Assembly (NCBI GenBank): GCA_039809045.1
Contig: JBDHUG010000011.1
Coordinates: 16,556-80,555, forward strand
DNA from: Gemmatales bacterium
Lineage (GTDB): Bacteria; Planctomycetota; Planctomycetia; Gemmatales; HRBIN36
Direction: 5' to 3'
Length of the DNA stretch: 64,000 nt
Shown: positions 20,202-30,444 of the stretch, piece after piece
Layout: every line of letters begins with the position of its first letter
Numbering within the stretch: position 1 is the first letter of the stretch
Translations under genes and position numbers: made by a program
Notes under the pieces: model-generated
Told to the model about the DNA's origin: nothing
The model's database searches: none
What the model saw: only the letters and a program-made list of their open reading frames with translations

Positions 20202-22025
20202 ATGAATCAAACATTAACCACATCTGCTGCCGCCAAAGCCAGGTCGAATCGCTTTGACGTGTCGCAGATTCGTTTCGATTTCCCCATCTTGGAGCAGCGG
20301 ATTCGCGGCAAGCCCCTCATTTATTTCGATAATGCCGCGACCAGCCAGAAACCCCAAGTGGTCATTGACGCCTTGATGAATTATTACAAGCGGGAAAACG
20401 CCAATATCCATCGAGGGGTTTATCAATTGAGCCTGGAGGCATCCACTGCTTACGAAGAAGCACGCGAAGAGGTTGCACGCTTTATTAACGCTGCGGATGC
20501 TCACGAATGTTTGTTTACACGCGGAACGACCGAGAGCATCAATCTCCTGGCCAGCACGTGGGGACGAGCGAACTTGAAGGCGGGCGACGAAATCATCCTC
20601 TCCGCCCTTGAGCACCACTCCAATATTGTTCCCTGGCAGATGTGCTGTGCGCTTACCGGTGCGATCATCCGCGTGGCGCCCATCGATGACCGCGGCACTT
20701 TGATCTTGGAAGAATATCAAAAATTGCTTTCCCCACGCACCAAACTGGTGGCGATGACGCACCAGTCGAACGCCTTGGGAACCATGAATGACATTAAGCT
20801 GCTTGCCCGCTTGGCCCATGAGCAAGGTGCACTGTTTTTGGCTGATGGCGCGCAATGGGTTACACATCATCCCACCGATGTTCAGGATTTGAATGTCGAT
20901 TTTTATGCCTTTTCTGGACATAAGCTCTATGGCCCCACGGGCATCGGTGTGCTCTACGGCAAGCGCAAATGGCTGGAAAAGATGCCGCCCTATCAAGGGG
21001 GCGGCGACATGATCGAATCGGTATCCTTTGAGAAAACCACTTACGCGGGCTTGCCGAACAAATTCGAAGCAGGCACACCGCACATTGCAGGCGTGATCGG
21101 ACTTCATGCAGCTATCAATTACTTGCGTGAGTTGGGCATGGAAAATATCGCTGCCCATGAGGAAACCTTGCTGCTTCATGCCACCAGGCGGCTGCAAGAA
21201 GTGCAGGGTCTGAGGCTGGTTGGCACTTCCCCGCAAAAATCAGGCGTCATCTCCTTTTTGCTGGAAAGCCCATGCATCGCTCCCGTTGACGTGGGGGCGG
21301 AATTGGACCTGGATGGAATCGCTGTGCGGACAGGCCACCACTGCTGCCAGCCTTTGATGAATCGCTTGCACATTACCGGCACCATTCGCATGTCGTTTGG
21401 ATTGTACAACACTATCGAAGAGATCGACGCCATCGTGGCTTCGCTCAAGCGCATTCGTACCAAAAAACAAGCTGAGATTCCCCGCTGTGCTGAATTGCCC
21501 ATGCAAGCAGATGTGCGGTATCCCGAGGCGGCTGCTTCAACGCCCAATGCCGCAGCGTCGGAACTGATCGATGCGTTTCAATTTCTCGTAGATTGGCCCC
21601 AACGCTACGAGTACATCATCGACTTGGGCAAAAAGATGCTTCCCTTGCCAGAATCGGAAAAGGTCGAAGCCAATCGCATAAAAGGTTGTCAAAGCACCGT
21701 CTTTTTATCTGCACGGAAACGCCCCGGCAGCCATGACATCATGGATTTCTTGGCTTACTCCAATGCCGATATCGTCAGTGGTTTGATTGCCATTCTGCAG
21801 CGTGTGTATTCTGGGCAAAAGGCCAAAGACATTTTGGCATTTGACATTGACGGGTTCTTTCAACAACTAGGCATCGATCAAAACCTAGCCATGCAACGAC
21901 GCATCGGCTTGGGCGAAATGGTTAAGCGTATTCAGCAATTGGCCCTGGCGCTGGAACATTCAGCCGCCACGTGCACCAACCAAGATTGTGCCCATTGTCA
22001 GAAAGATGATCGCATCACCGTTTGA
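20202..22025 (+). CDS. sufS: Cysteine desulfurase SufS fused to SufE
   Basis: DNAATSQKP, SGHKLYGPTG, RTGHHC; the C-terminal third is SufE-like (RYEYIIDLG, IKGCQS, IVSGLIA). Confidence 0.93.
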   Translation: MNQTLTTSAAAKARSNRFDVSQIRFDFPILEQRIRGKPLIYFDNAATSQKPQVVIDALMNYYKRENANIHRGVYQLSLEASTAYEEAREEVARFINAADAHECLFTRGTTESINLLASTWGRANLKAGDEIILSALEHHSNIVPWQMCCALTGAIIRVAPIDDRGTLILEEYQKLLSPRTKLVAMTHQSNALGTMNDIKLLARLAHEQGALFLADGAQWVTHHPTDVQDLNVDFYAFSGHKLYGPTGIGVLYGKRKWLEKMPPYQGGGDMIESVSFEKTTYAGLPNKFEAGTPHIAGVIGLHAAINYLRELGMENIAAHEETLLLHATRRLQEVQGLRLVGTSPQKSGVISFLLESPCIAPVDVGAELDLDGIAVRTGHHCCQPLMNRLHITGTIRMSFGLYNTIEEIDAIVASLKRIRTKKQAEIPRCAELPMQADVRYPEAAASTPNAAASELIDAFQFLVDWPQRYEYIIDLGKKMLPLPESEKVEANRIKGCQSTVFLSARKRPGSHDIMDFLAYSNADIVSGLIAILQRVYSGQKAKDILAFDIDGFFQQLGIDQNLAMQRRIGLGEMVKRIQQLALALEHSAATCTNQDCAHCQKDDRITV

Positions 22026-22042
22026 TTTTTTGGGAGGCAATA

Positions 22043-22438
22043 ATGCCTAGCCCCGGCAAAGTTCCCTTAACCACAACCGATCAACAACGATCGGCCTTTC
22101 CCTTGGATTCAGGAATGCCTCCCGTTGATCCTTCCAAACCACTAAATGAGCAAGTCATCGATGCACTCAAAACGTGCTTTGACCCTGAAATACCCGTCAA
22201 CATTTATGATTTGGGGTTGATATATGAAATCAACATCAGCCCGGAAAAGGCCATTCATATCAAAATGACTTTGACATCTCCGGCCTGTCCAGTGGCAGGC
22301 ACTTTACCCATTATGGTCCAAAACAAAGTCCTATCGTTGCCGGGTGTTCAGGCGGTCAAAGTGGAAACGATTTGGGAACCGCCTTGGGACCAAAGCCGCA
22401 TGACGGAAGCGGCCAAAGTGCAGTTGGGCCTTTTTTAA
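22043..22438 (+). CDS. sufT: DUF59/MIP18 (SufT-like) Fe-S assembly protein
   Basis: FDPEIPVNIYDLGLIY, MTLTSPACP, WEPPW. Confidence 0.88.
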   Translation: MPSPGKVPLTTTDQQRSAFPLDSGMPPVDPSKPLNEQVIDALKTCFDPEIPVNIYDLGLIYEINISPEKAIHIKMTLTSPACPVAGTLPIMVQNKVLSLPGVQAVKVETIWEPPWDQSRMTEAAKVQLGLF

Positions 22439-22455
22439 ATCGGATGTGTTAATCC

Positions 22456-22953
22456 TTGAAACGCTATGCACCGCATCGGCCGTTTCCACCTTATACCTAT
22501 GTGCCTGGTCAACGGCCCCATCCTTTTTCCGATCCACAAGGACATAGTTTTCGGCAACAGCGGACACAACCTGGCTCGATCGATTGGCATACTGGCAAAA
22601 ACAACGAAGAATTCCGTTATGCTGTCGATTTGTTCAACCATGGTTATTACTGGGAAGCACATGAGGCATGGGAAGGTCTTTGGGTGGCTGTTGGTAGAAA
22701 GGGCCCACTTGCTGATCTGCTCAAAGGCTTTATTCATCTGGCCGCTGCCGGTGTTAAGCAGTTGGCAGGCATTCCAGCTGGTGTTAGAAGTCATTTACAA
22801 CGAGCTAAACAGCTTTTCCATCACGTTCAAATGGTCCAAGCGAACAAGGCTCTGCACTTAGGTTGCAACTTGCAAAAGTTAATGCAGACTATCTCGGAAT
22901 ACCCTCAGGACAATCCAGCCGTATCTACGGTCGTTGAACTGGATGATCAATAG
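22456..22953 (+). CDS. DUF309 domain protein
   Basis: LFNHGYYWEAHEAWEGLW and KGFIHLAAA motifs; TTG start. Confidence 0.85.
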   Translation: MKRYAPHRPFPPYTYVPGQRPHPFSDPQGHSFRQQRTQPGSIDWHTGKNNEEFRYAVDLFNHGYYWEAHEAWEGLWVAVGRKGPLADLLKGFIHLAAAGVKQLAGIPAGVRSHLQRAKQLFHHVQMVQANKALHLGCNLQKLMQTISEYPQDNPAVSTVVELDDQ

Positions 22954-23069
22954 GCTTGCCATGTCGGAAATCGCATTGCTTCAATCCGCCATTGCGTCGG
23001 GTAATAGGTTGGATTAGGCTTAAGCAAATGAACATGTCAACCAAGCTCATCACAAAAGGCGGCCCTACC

Positions 23070-23639
23070 ATGGAACAAGCATCACCCAATCAGCCTGGTA
23101 ACAATCAAGGGTTTTCACTCGGCGGGAAATCAGCCAATGAATTGCAATCGATGGGGAAAGCCTTCTTTGGCCGCTTGACCATCGCAGGCAAGTTATTGTT
23201 AGTGGGAGGATTCCTTGGAGTCATTGCTTGTTTCCTGCCGTTCTACACCGTTAGCATTTCTGGAGCCGGTTTTAACATTTCATCAAACAATTCTGGGAGT
23301 TCAATGGCGGTGAATGTTTGGCAAGGGATTATCGCATTGCTTGCCTTTGCTGGCTGTGCTGGCCTGACCTATCTGATGTTTGGCGATAAACCTCATGCGA
23401 AGCAGCGTGAATTGATTTTTGGCACTTTAATAACTGCAGGCCTTGCGGCCGTGATGACTTTGTGGCTGTTCTTCCAAGGTTCAGGTGACACGTCATCATT
23501 TAATATCTCTGCACCCAGTTTCAACATGCGTGCAGGTAAAAGCATTGGAGCATATCTGATGCTCGCCTGTTCGGGTTTAGTTGTTGCGGGTGCGGTTCTG
23601 AAAGCCATGGAAGACAAGGTCTTTCAGCCTGCTCAATAA
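23070..23639 (+). CDS. 4-TM hypothetical membrane protein
   Basis: Four hydrophobic helices (FLPFY..., GIIAL..., GAYL...); AAAGG upstream; alternative upstream starts. Confidence 0.65.
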   Translation: MEQASPNQPGNNQGFSLGGKSANELQSMGKAFFGRLTIAGKLLLVGGFLGVIACFLPFYTVSISGAGFNISSNNSGSSMAVNVWQGIIALLAFAGCAGLTYLMFGDKPHAKQRELIFGTLITAGLAAVMTLWLFFQGSGDTSSFNISAPSFNMRAGKSIGAYLMLACSGLVVAGAVLKAMEDKVFQPAQ

Positions 23640-23670
23640 ACGCTAGTCCGATGATGCACAAACCCCTAGC

Positions 23671-25524
23671 CTATAATCGGGTTTGGGGTTTTTCTTTGGC
23701 TGGTTCAATGTCAGATTCAGTTTCTGAATCGTGTTCACTCGCGGGAGCATCGGAAGTCTCGGTTGTCACTCTGCGTTTCTTGCGTTTCTTTTTTTTCTTG
23801 TTGTACTTCATTTCATCTTCGTAGAGCAATGATCCAAAACGCCCCATTAATCGCGCAAGGATCATGCCCGCAGCCGCCCAAAACATGCCGATCAGCGGGG
23901 CTGCAATAACGTATGGAAAACATAAAACACTCAACCCATACGTCACAGCCACCAATAAACCGCTAATCAAACACAATGTGAAGTAAAATCGAGCACGGAG
24001 AGCGATCTTACCTAGAGCTGTTGCACTGAAGGGAAACCACTCGTTTTGTGCAATCAAGGAACTGAACAAAACCAATGGAAAGGCAAAGGTTGCCCCAAGG
24101 GCCCAACCTATGCCCTCGAAGAGCCAGTAGAAGGGATAGGCCACGCCGATGCTCAAACCTAGCAACCAAAGGAATTTGATTAACCCCCAAAACCATTCAC
24201 GCCAGGATCCATCAGGCCAAGCAATCTCTTTCGCTCGATGGCACGTATCAAGCACGATGTTGAAAAAACACATAGAGAAGTATGATCCAAGCAACGCTAC
24301 AACCCAGACCAATGCAACCGCCAAACCAGCCAAGCCCAGACCGCTTGCCACATTGCCACCTGTGCTGCCACCCAAGTTAGCAGCCAGCCCAGCCATCCCT
24401 TGCATCAGCATGAAGATCAATGTCATGCCGATGCTATTCCATACCCAAGCACCAATGTTGCCTGTCTTAAAAGGCAGATTCCAAACGCCATCGAAGAACA
24501 GATGCTCAGGCACAGGCTCCGGTTTTTCGGGGTTCAGTTCCGCATTCGAGAGCTTGTACATTTGCAGATCGTTGGTGGCCTGCGAACCTGAAGCCTGCAG
24601 TTGTTCTGGCTCAGCAGGCTGCGTGACTAATGTCGAATCCTCTTTAGCGAATCGGGCAATAGGCGGTGCTTCGGTATTGGTTTTCTGAGCCTGATCATCG
24701 GGTGTATTAGCGAACGAATAAGTAGGGATGTCCAATACTGCTGCTTTGCTGACATTCGAAGTCGGCACTTCATTGGCAAGTGGATCCATTGAAAGAGGTG
24801 ATGGCGGCTTTTCAAGATCGACCGACTTGCTGTCTTTGGAATCAAGTGTAGGACGACGCTTTGGTTCAGTTTTTGCCGTTTTCAATTCATCGAGAAAAAG
24901 TGGATCGATCTCACCAGCCTTGGTCTCAGGCAAAATGGGCGTTTCAGGACTGCTGTCGCTTGCATGGTCGGCATCTGCTTGCTTTGTTTTCGACCGAAGC
25001 TCGGCCTTGCTTTTGCCAGGGCCATGCGTTTCATCCAAGAAGGATTCAAACTGACTTTCCAGCTTCTTTCTTCGAACTTCCTCTTCGCGTGCTTTGGCTT
25101 TGGCTATTTCCCTGGCCTTTTCAGCTGCAGGGTCAAAGGCCGTCTTTGGAGGGGCAGGCTTCGGTTCGTCAGCTAATTTGAAAATCGGATGCTCTTGCTC
25201 AGGTATTATTTGATTAGATGATGTCTCAAGTGGTTGTGTGGAAAGGACATTTGGTATGGAGCCCGCCAGGGTATAGACCTTCTGCTCCAATTCGTTAGGT
25301 AGCAACTGTGCAGGTTCGGGCCAATCTTCTTCATCGAGGGGCACCAATCCCAATGGCACTTCCGAAGTACTCGAGTGTATGATCGGGGGCGCAAGTGGCT
25401 CAGGTGGTGGAATGCGTAGGTTGCATTCAGGACAACGGCCTCGCATGTGACGATACTCAGACTTGATCCGGAAGCCCGTTCCGCACGATGGACAGGTCAA
25501 ATTGAGCCAGGATATTTCCGCCAT
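23671..25524 (-). CDS. Zinc-ribbon, long disordered linker and multi-TM membrane protein
   Basis: N-terminal CPSC-x16-CPEC; Pro/Glu-rich linker; about 6 TM helices; basic KKKKKRKKRR tail. Confidence 0.7.
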   Translation of the reverse strand: MAEISWLNLTCPSCGTGFRIKSEYRHMRGRCPECNLRIPPPEPLAPPIIHSSTSEVPLGLVPLDEEDWPEPAQLLPNELEQKVYTLAGSIPNVLSTQPLETSSNQIIPEQEHPIFKLADEPKPAPPKTAFDPAAEKAREIAKAKAREEEVRRKKLESQFESFLDETHGPGKSKAELRSKTKQADADHASDSSPETPILPETKAGEIDPLFLDELKTAKTEPKRRPTLDSKDSKSVDLEKPPSPLSMDPLANEVPTSNVSKAAVLDIPTYSFANTPDDQAQKTNTEAPPIARFAKEDSTLVTQPAEPEQLQASGSQATNDLQMYKLSNAELNPEKPEPVPEHLFFDGVWNLPFKTGNIGAWVWNSIGMTLIFMLMQGMAGLAANLGGSTGGNVASGLGLAGLAVALVWVVALLGSYFSMCFFNIVLDTCHRAKEIAWPDGSWREWFWGLIKFLWLLGLSIGVAYPFYWLFEGIGWALGATFAFPLVLFSSLIAQNEWFPFSATALGKIALRARFYFTLCLISGLLVAVTYGLSVLCFPYVIAAPLIGMFWAAAGMILARLMGRFGSLLYEDEMKYNKKKKKRKKRRVTTETSDAPASEHDSETESDIEPAKEKPQTRL

Positions 25525-25586
25525 GATGCACCACAGCCGCAAATGAAAACTCTATTTCATTAGAGCATCCCCGAATGGTGCAAGCA

Positions 25587-25629
25587 ACGCAAGCAGGGCA
25601 AATTTAGCTTTATTTTGCCCCGCTTGCGT
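25587..25629 (-). terminator. GC-rich hairpin downstream of the 25652-26215 gene
   Basis: ACGCAAGCaGGGCAAA ... TTTGCCCcGCTTGCGT inverted repeat. Confidence 0.45.
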
Positions 25630-25651
25630 GCATATTTTCTTTCATCGAAAG

Positions 25652-26215
25652 CTATGGAATTTGCTGAAAGCGCCAGATCGGAACATGTGGAGGTAGCCTG
25701 CCTACCTGGTAATCCTGCGACGGCAACATTTCGCGGAGCTTTTTTAGGGCCTGTCTGCGAACGGTAATGTAATAGTATTCACAGCGTGAATCACGAACGG
25801 CATCCCAGATCTGATATAGCTGGTCTACTTCGCGAATTGCTCTGCGAAGTTCCTCCGCATTGGTTACGTCAATGGGCTGTCTTTCCTCCAGGTATTTACG
25901 ATAGGCACGATTGAAGACAAGCAGTTCATTGACGACGGTGCGATCTGGAAAGCGAACAGCATCCGCTAACCCTGGCGCGTCTTGTAATTCCTGATAGTTG
26001 CGACGTATCTTCATCAGATCCGCATAGAAATCCTTGGCAGATGCAAAGGTAAAGCGTGTCTCGCGCGGATCGAGAATTTCCCATTCCAAAGCCAGCGAGA
26101 TTAACGGGCCTCGCAAAACGTGGAAGCGTTCTTCCAAGGCACCTGGATCAGGAAGATCAAGGAGGGGATTGCTCGTAATGAGTGCAGCAGCCAAGAGCCA
26201 GTCGGCATAAGTCAT
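25652..26215 (-). CDS. Hypothetical protein (probably exported, all-helical)
   Basis: GAGGAGG RBS before the ATG at 26215; WEILDPRE, WDAVRD, RRQALKKLR and LPPHVPIWRF look like conserved-family motifs. Confidence 0.7.
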   Translation of the reverse strand: MTYADWLLAAALITSNPLLDLPDPGALEERFHVLRGPLISLALEWEILDPRETRFTFASAKDFYADLMKIRRNYQELQDAPGLADAVRFPDRTVVNELLVFNRAYRKYLEERQPIDVTNAEELRRAIREVDQLYQIWDAVRDSRCEYYYITVRRQALKKLREMLPSQDYQVGRLPPHVPIWRFQQIP

Positions 26216-26658
26216 GACCGACCTCCTCGGGTTCGGCGACGGTAGCCCGACGGCTGGCCGTCCACACGGACGCAAGGCGCGGCTGTGCGCGTCTGCTACC
26301 AGCCATCACCCTCTTATCGGCTCATAAATGGAAGAAAGTTGAGACGATTTTTTCGATGACCAATGAGAACACCCTTAACAATGGAGATGTTCACAAAAGT
26401 AGTATGAATTAAGGCTTCGCATCAAAAGCATATGTTTATCTGGTCTTCAACTAGATCAAGCTACTAGAAAACCTATAAAGCAAGGTTTAATTCGAAAAAG
26501 GACTCGATACTCAGTCACTGAAAAGACTCGGGATACAAAAAATGGTATTTTGCATGATTGGCTATAAAATCCACATTTTGCCATGAGCTAGTGATTTTGG
26601 GCAAATATCTGTTTTACTTTGGCGATGTGAGGTACTTTTCGTAAACCCGCCAGAGTCT

Positions 26659-26724
26659 TATAATACATAGGAGAATCGGGTTATAGCTAACTCCTCCGAT
26701 TCGAGCTTGCCAGCGGTAAGCTCG
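26659..26724 (+). promoter_or_regulatory. -10 box plus structured 5' leader of infB
   Basis: TATAAT at 26659-26664, then hairpins GAATCGG/CCGATTC (26673-26702) and CGAGCTTGCC/GGTAAGCTCG (26702-26724). Confidence 0.5.
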
Positions 26725-26813
26725 TCAGGTGTTTTATTGGGGTTTATGGTTTGGCTTCTTCCGAACAATCATCGGGAGGCATGGCCTATGTAACTTTTTC
26801 GACGGGGTGGTCC

Positions 26814-29642
26814 TTGACAAAGGATAAAGTGCGAATCTATGTTTTGGCACGCGAATTAAATCTTGAAAGCAAAGATTTAATCGACATGTGTCAACAGGCT
26901 GGGTTGGATGTGAAAAACCAACTCAGCAGCATTGATGCTGATCAGCGCGGCATGATCGAACAAATGATCAAGCAAAAGCGCACCGGCACGAGTGCCCCGC
27001 CAACCGCCCCGGCTACGCAACCAACACACAGGCCCCCCCCCATTCTTAAGCCAATCCCTGTCCTGCACACACCCAAGGTCACTGCACCGACACCTGCAAT
27101 CCCAACACCGCAAACGGCTCCTGCAAGCATCAAGCCCGCTGAGCCTGAAACAACGCCAGCCATCGTTGCCGAGCTTGAAGTCGCTAAGCCTGTTGTAACG
27201 GAGCCGCCTGTGGTTATGGAACCCGTAACGCCATCAACCACGACGCCCTCCATTCCCCCGCGCATGCCTGCAGATTTGGGCAAAATTCGCAATCTGGATG
27301 CGATTCGCCGTCCGCCAACGTCGCTGAGCACGCCCGGTGCAGACAAAAGCAAAACCACAGGCGACAAGAAGCAGGACAAACCTGATCGGCCCAAAGTCGC
27401 TCCACCAAGGGTATTGGCACCGCCACAGAAAAAGAAACTGGCCATTCCCGTCCCGGGCAAAACGGATGAGAAAAAAGCAGAACAACCCGCAACCCAAAAG
27501 CCATTGATGAAGCTTTCGCCTGAAATGCTGCAGGGTGGTGGACTGAACGTTAAAGAAGTGCTGAAGAAAATCGAAGAAAAAGTCCGCTCCGAGCAGGAAG
27601 GCGGTCGAGGGGTCAAACTGCCAGCCTTTGTACCCGGTGCCGTCGAAGAAGACGAAGACGATGAAGATGCAGAGAAGCGTCGCCCTGGCGCGGTTAAAGG
27701 TCGTGAAGAACGTCATAAAAAGCGCAATCTCCGAGCGAAATCGCGAACGGATGAAACAGTCGATCTCCGCAAGATTGAGTTGGATGACGAGGAAGCCATT
27801 GAACAAAAACAGCAAAGGCTGCATCGGCTCCGTCATCAGCAAAAACCAGTGGCACAGTCGCGTAAAGACAACAAAGTCTTAGTTGAACCACCTTTTACGA
27901 TCCGCTCACTTTCTGAGGCCATGGGCGTTCCCGCACAGAATATTTTACGCAAACTACTTGAGCGGAAAATGATGGTCAACATCAACGCCGTGCTTGACGA
28001 ATCGTTGGCCGAGGAAATCGCCTTGGAATTGGGCTATGAACTTGAATTCAAGAAGCCCATGGACTTGGAAGAGCAACTCCTCAAAGGTTTTTCGGTTCCA
28101 GCGGAACCCGGTCAGTTGGTTCCTCGAGCTCCGATTGTGACCATCATGGGTCACGTTGATCACGGTAAAACCAGCCTCTTGGACCGCATTCGTGAAAGCA
28201 ATGTCGTTGCCACGGAAGCAGGTGGCATTACCCAGCATTTGCGTGCTTGGCGTGTCGAACATGGCGGCCGACCTATCACCTTCCTTGACACCCCCGGCCA
28301 TGAAGCATTCACGCAAATGCGAGCACGCGGGGCCAACGTGACGGATATCGTTGTTCTGGTTGTCGCTGCCGATGACGGCGTCATGCCTCAGACCGATGAA
28401 GCCATCAGTCATGCCAAAGCCGCCGGTGTGCCAATTATCGTTTGCTTAAACAAAGTCGACCTGCCCAATGCCAATTTACAGAAAGCCCGACAGCAACTTT
28501 ACAGCCGCGAGTTGATCCCGGACGATTTAGGGGGCGACACGCCTTTTCTCGAAACCGTTTCAACCAAGGAAAAAGCTCGCGGCATTGCCGAGTTGCTCGA
28601 CATGATTTCGCTCGTCGCGGAAATGAAAGAGTTGAAAGCCAATCCCAATCAGCCTGCGTCGGGGGTTTGCTTGGAAGCTTGTGTTACAGGCGATGAAGGA
28701 GTTTCGACAACCTTACTCGTACAAAACGGCACTCTCCACAAAGGTGATGTCATGCTCTGCGGCCCAGCTTATGGTCGCGTTCGAGCCATGTTCAACGATT
28801 TAGGACATCCTATTGATGAAGCCGGACCATCCGTTCCTGTTCGCATCATGGGGTTGGATGAACCACCTAATGCCGATGATAAATTCTACGTCGTATCTGA
28901 TTTGTCCCAAGCTCGCGAAATGGCCGTTGTCCGTCGTGACCGCAGCCGCATGACGCAACCCGTTCAAAAGTCAACCTTCCGCCTGGAGGACCTCGGTAAG
29001 GCGAAAGCATTTGAATTAAAGCTCATCATAAAAGCGGATGTGCGCGGCTCCATCGAAGCCATCGCCAAAGAAATTGAAAAGCTCGCTCATGATGAAGTAC
29101 GGCTCAAGGTACTTCATTCCGGAGTAGGCGCAATCACCGAAGGCGATGTTGTCCTGGCGCTGGCGTCACCAGAAGATACGCTGATCGTCGGCTTCAATGT
29201 TGTGCCCGATGATCGTGCCAAAGCACTCGCCGACGAAAAAGGGGTGAACATTCGGCATTACAACATCATTTATCAATTAACTGATGATCTGCGTGCAGCT
29301 CTTGAAGGTCGCCTCAAACCTCATGAAGAAATCATCAACTTGGGGCGAGCCGTGGTGCGGGAGACGTTCAAAATCAGCCGCGTCGGAACGATTGCTGGCT
29401 GTTATATCACCCAAGGCACCATCGAACGCTCAGCCCATGTTCGGCTCATCCGTGATGGCGTTGTCATTTACCCACCGGCCGATCGTGTCGCTTCACTTGA
29501 TTCACTTAAACGCTTCAAAGACGACGTTCGGGAAGTACGAGAAGGGTTTGAGTGCGGCATTAAGATCGCGGGTTATGACGATGTCAAGAAAGGCGACGTC
29601 ATCGAAGCTTATAAGATCGAAAAGGTGCAGAGAACCCTTTAG
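26814..29642 (+). CDS. infB: Translation initiation factor IF-2
   Basis: N-domain [11 protein letters not shown]; [28 protein letters not shown]; SLKRFKDDV; TTG start at 26814 inferred (ORF track gives 26751). Confidence 0.97.
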   Translation: MTKDKVRIYVLARELNLESKDLIDMCQQAGLDVKNQLSSIDADQRGMIEQMIKQKRTGTSAPPTAPATQPTHRPPPILKPIPVLHTPKVTAPTPAIPTPQTAPASIKPAEPETTPAIVAELEVAKPVVTEPPVVMEPVTPSTTTPSIPPRMPADLGKIRNLDAIRRPPTSLSTPGADKSKTTGDKKQDKPDRPKVAPPRVLAPPQKKKLAIPVPGKTDEKKAEQPATQKPLMKLSPEMLQGGGLNVKEVLKKIEEKVRSEQEGGRGVKLPAFVPGAVEEDEDDEDAEKRRPGAVKGREERHKKRNLRAKSRTDETVDLRKIELDDEEAIEQKQQRLHRLRHQQKPVAQSRKDNKVLVEPPFTIRSLSEAMGVPAQNILRKLLERKMMVNINAVLDESLAEEIALELGYELEFKKPMDLEEQLLKGFSVPAEPGQLVPRAPIVTIMGHVDHGKTSLLDRIRESNVVATEAGGITQHLRAWRVEHGGRPITFLDTPGHEAFTQMRARGANVTDIVVLVVAADDGVMPQTDEAISHAKAAGVPIIVCLNKVDLPNANLQKARQQLYSRELIPDDLGGDTPFLETVSTKEKARGIAELLDMISLVAEMKELKANPNQPASGVCLEACVTGDEGVSTTLLVQNGTLHKGDVMLCGPAYGRVRAMFNDLGHPIDEAGPSVPVRIMGLDEPPNADDKFYVVSDLSQAREMAVVRRDRSRMTQPVQKSTFRLEDLGKAKAFELKLIIKADVRGSIEAIAKEIEKLAHDEVRLKVLHSGVGAITEGDVVLALASPEDTLIVGFNVVPDDRAKALADEKGVNIRHYNIIYQLTDDLRAALEGRLKPHEEIINLGRAVVRETFKISRVGTIAGCYITQGTIERSAHVRLIRDGVVIYPPADRVASLDSLKRFKDDVREVREGFECGIKIAGYDDVKKGDVIEAYKIEKVQRTL

Positions 29643-29679
29643 TTTTGCAGAACATCAGACTGCCTGAACAGCTGCAACA

Positions 29680-29964
29680 ATGAGCATGTACGTAGGAAGC
29701 TTGGAAGTCCGCATGATTATTCGCGAGGCCCGATCCCTAAAAGATAAACGGCAGGTCGTGAATAGTATCAAGGATCGATTACGCAACCACTACAACGTTT
29801 CCGTGGCCGAAGTGGATTTTTTGGATGATCGACAAACGCTCGCACTCGGTTTTGCCATGGTAAGCAATGATTCGAGCCATTTACGCAAGTGCTTAACCCA
29901 AATCGTGGAAGCTTGCCGAAGTCATCCGGTTGCTGAGCTGGTGAAATACGAGATGAATGTGTAG
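29680..29964 (+). CDS. DUF503 (YlxP-like) protein
   Basis: SLKDKRQVV, NVSVAEV; conserved position between infB and rbfA. Confidence 0.88.
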   Translation: MSMYVGSLEVRMIIREARSLKDKRQVVNSIKDRLRNHYNVSVAEVDFLDDRQTLALGFAMVSNDSSHLRKCLTQIVEACRSHPVAELVKYEMNV

Positions 29965-29975
29965 GGAAACGCCCC

Positions 29976-30398
29976 ATGAAGGGAAGTCAATATCGCAGAG
30001 CTCGTGTGGCCGAAGCTATTCGCGAGTCCGCCAGCGAGACGATTCTATTCAAACTGCGTGATCCACGCGTTAAGATGGTGACCGTCACCCGTGCGGAAGT
30101 ATCTGCGGACATGCAGCACGCCAAAGTTTATGTCTCGATCATGGGCACGGATCAGGAACAAAAAGCTTGCTTGTCAGGATTGCAAAATGCTGCTGGCTTC
30201 GTGCAAAAGCAGCTTGCAGATCGTTTGCGCATGCGATTTACCCCTGCCCTGGTTTTCACGATCGACAAGGGTGTGAAAAACAGCCTGGAAGTGTCTCGGT
30301 TGTTAAAAGAAGAGCAATCATCGGCAGAAGCCGATACAAGCGATGATACAGCATCTGTTGCTGATCACGAGGATGATGATCGCGCCGATGAAGGATAA
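29976..30398 (+). CDS. rbfA: Ribosome-binding factor A
   Basis: RDPR, VTVTRAEVSADMQHAKVYVS, MRFTPALVF. Confidence 0.95.
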   Translation: MKGSQYRRARVAEAIRESASETILFKLRDPRVKMVTVTRAEVSADMQHAKVYVSIMGTDQEQKACLSGLQNAAGFVQKQLADRLRMRFTPALVFTIDKGVKNSLEVSRLLKEEQSSAEADTSDDTASVADHEDDDRADEG

Positions 30399-30444
30399 GA
30401 AACCAACGATGCCATTCGTTAGGCTGAAAGGGAATTCCACAACT

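Noticed and set aside
20214-21236. 340-aa antisense ORF inside sufS
   Set aside because: Shadow ORF opposite a highly conserved gene, with no recognisable motifs
26942-27842. Two antisense ORFs over 200 aa within infB
   Set aside because: They mirror the low-complexity Pro/Thr/Lys-rich IF2 N-terminal linker, with no independent coding evidence
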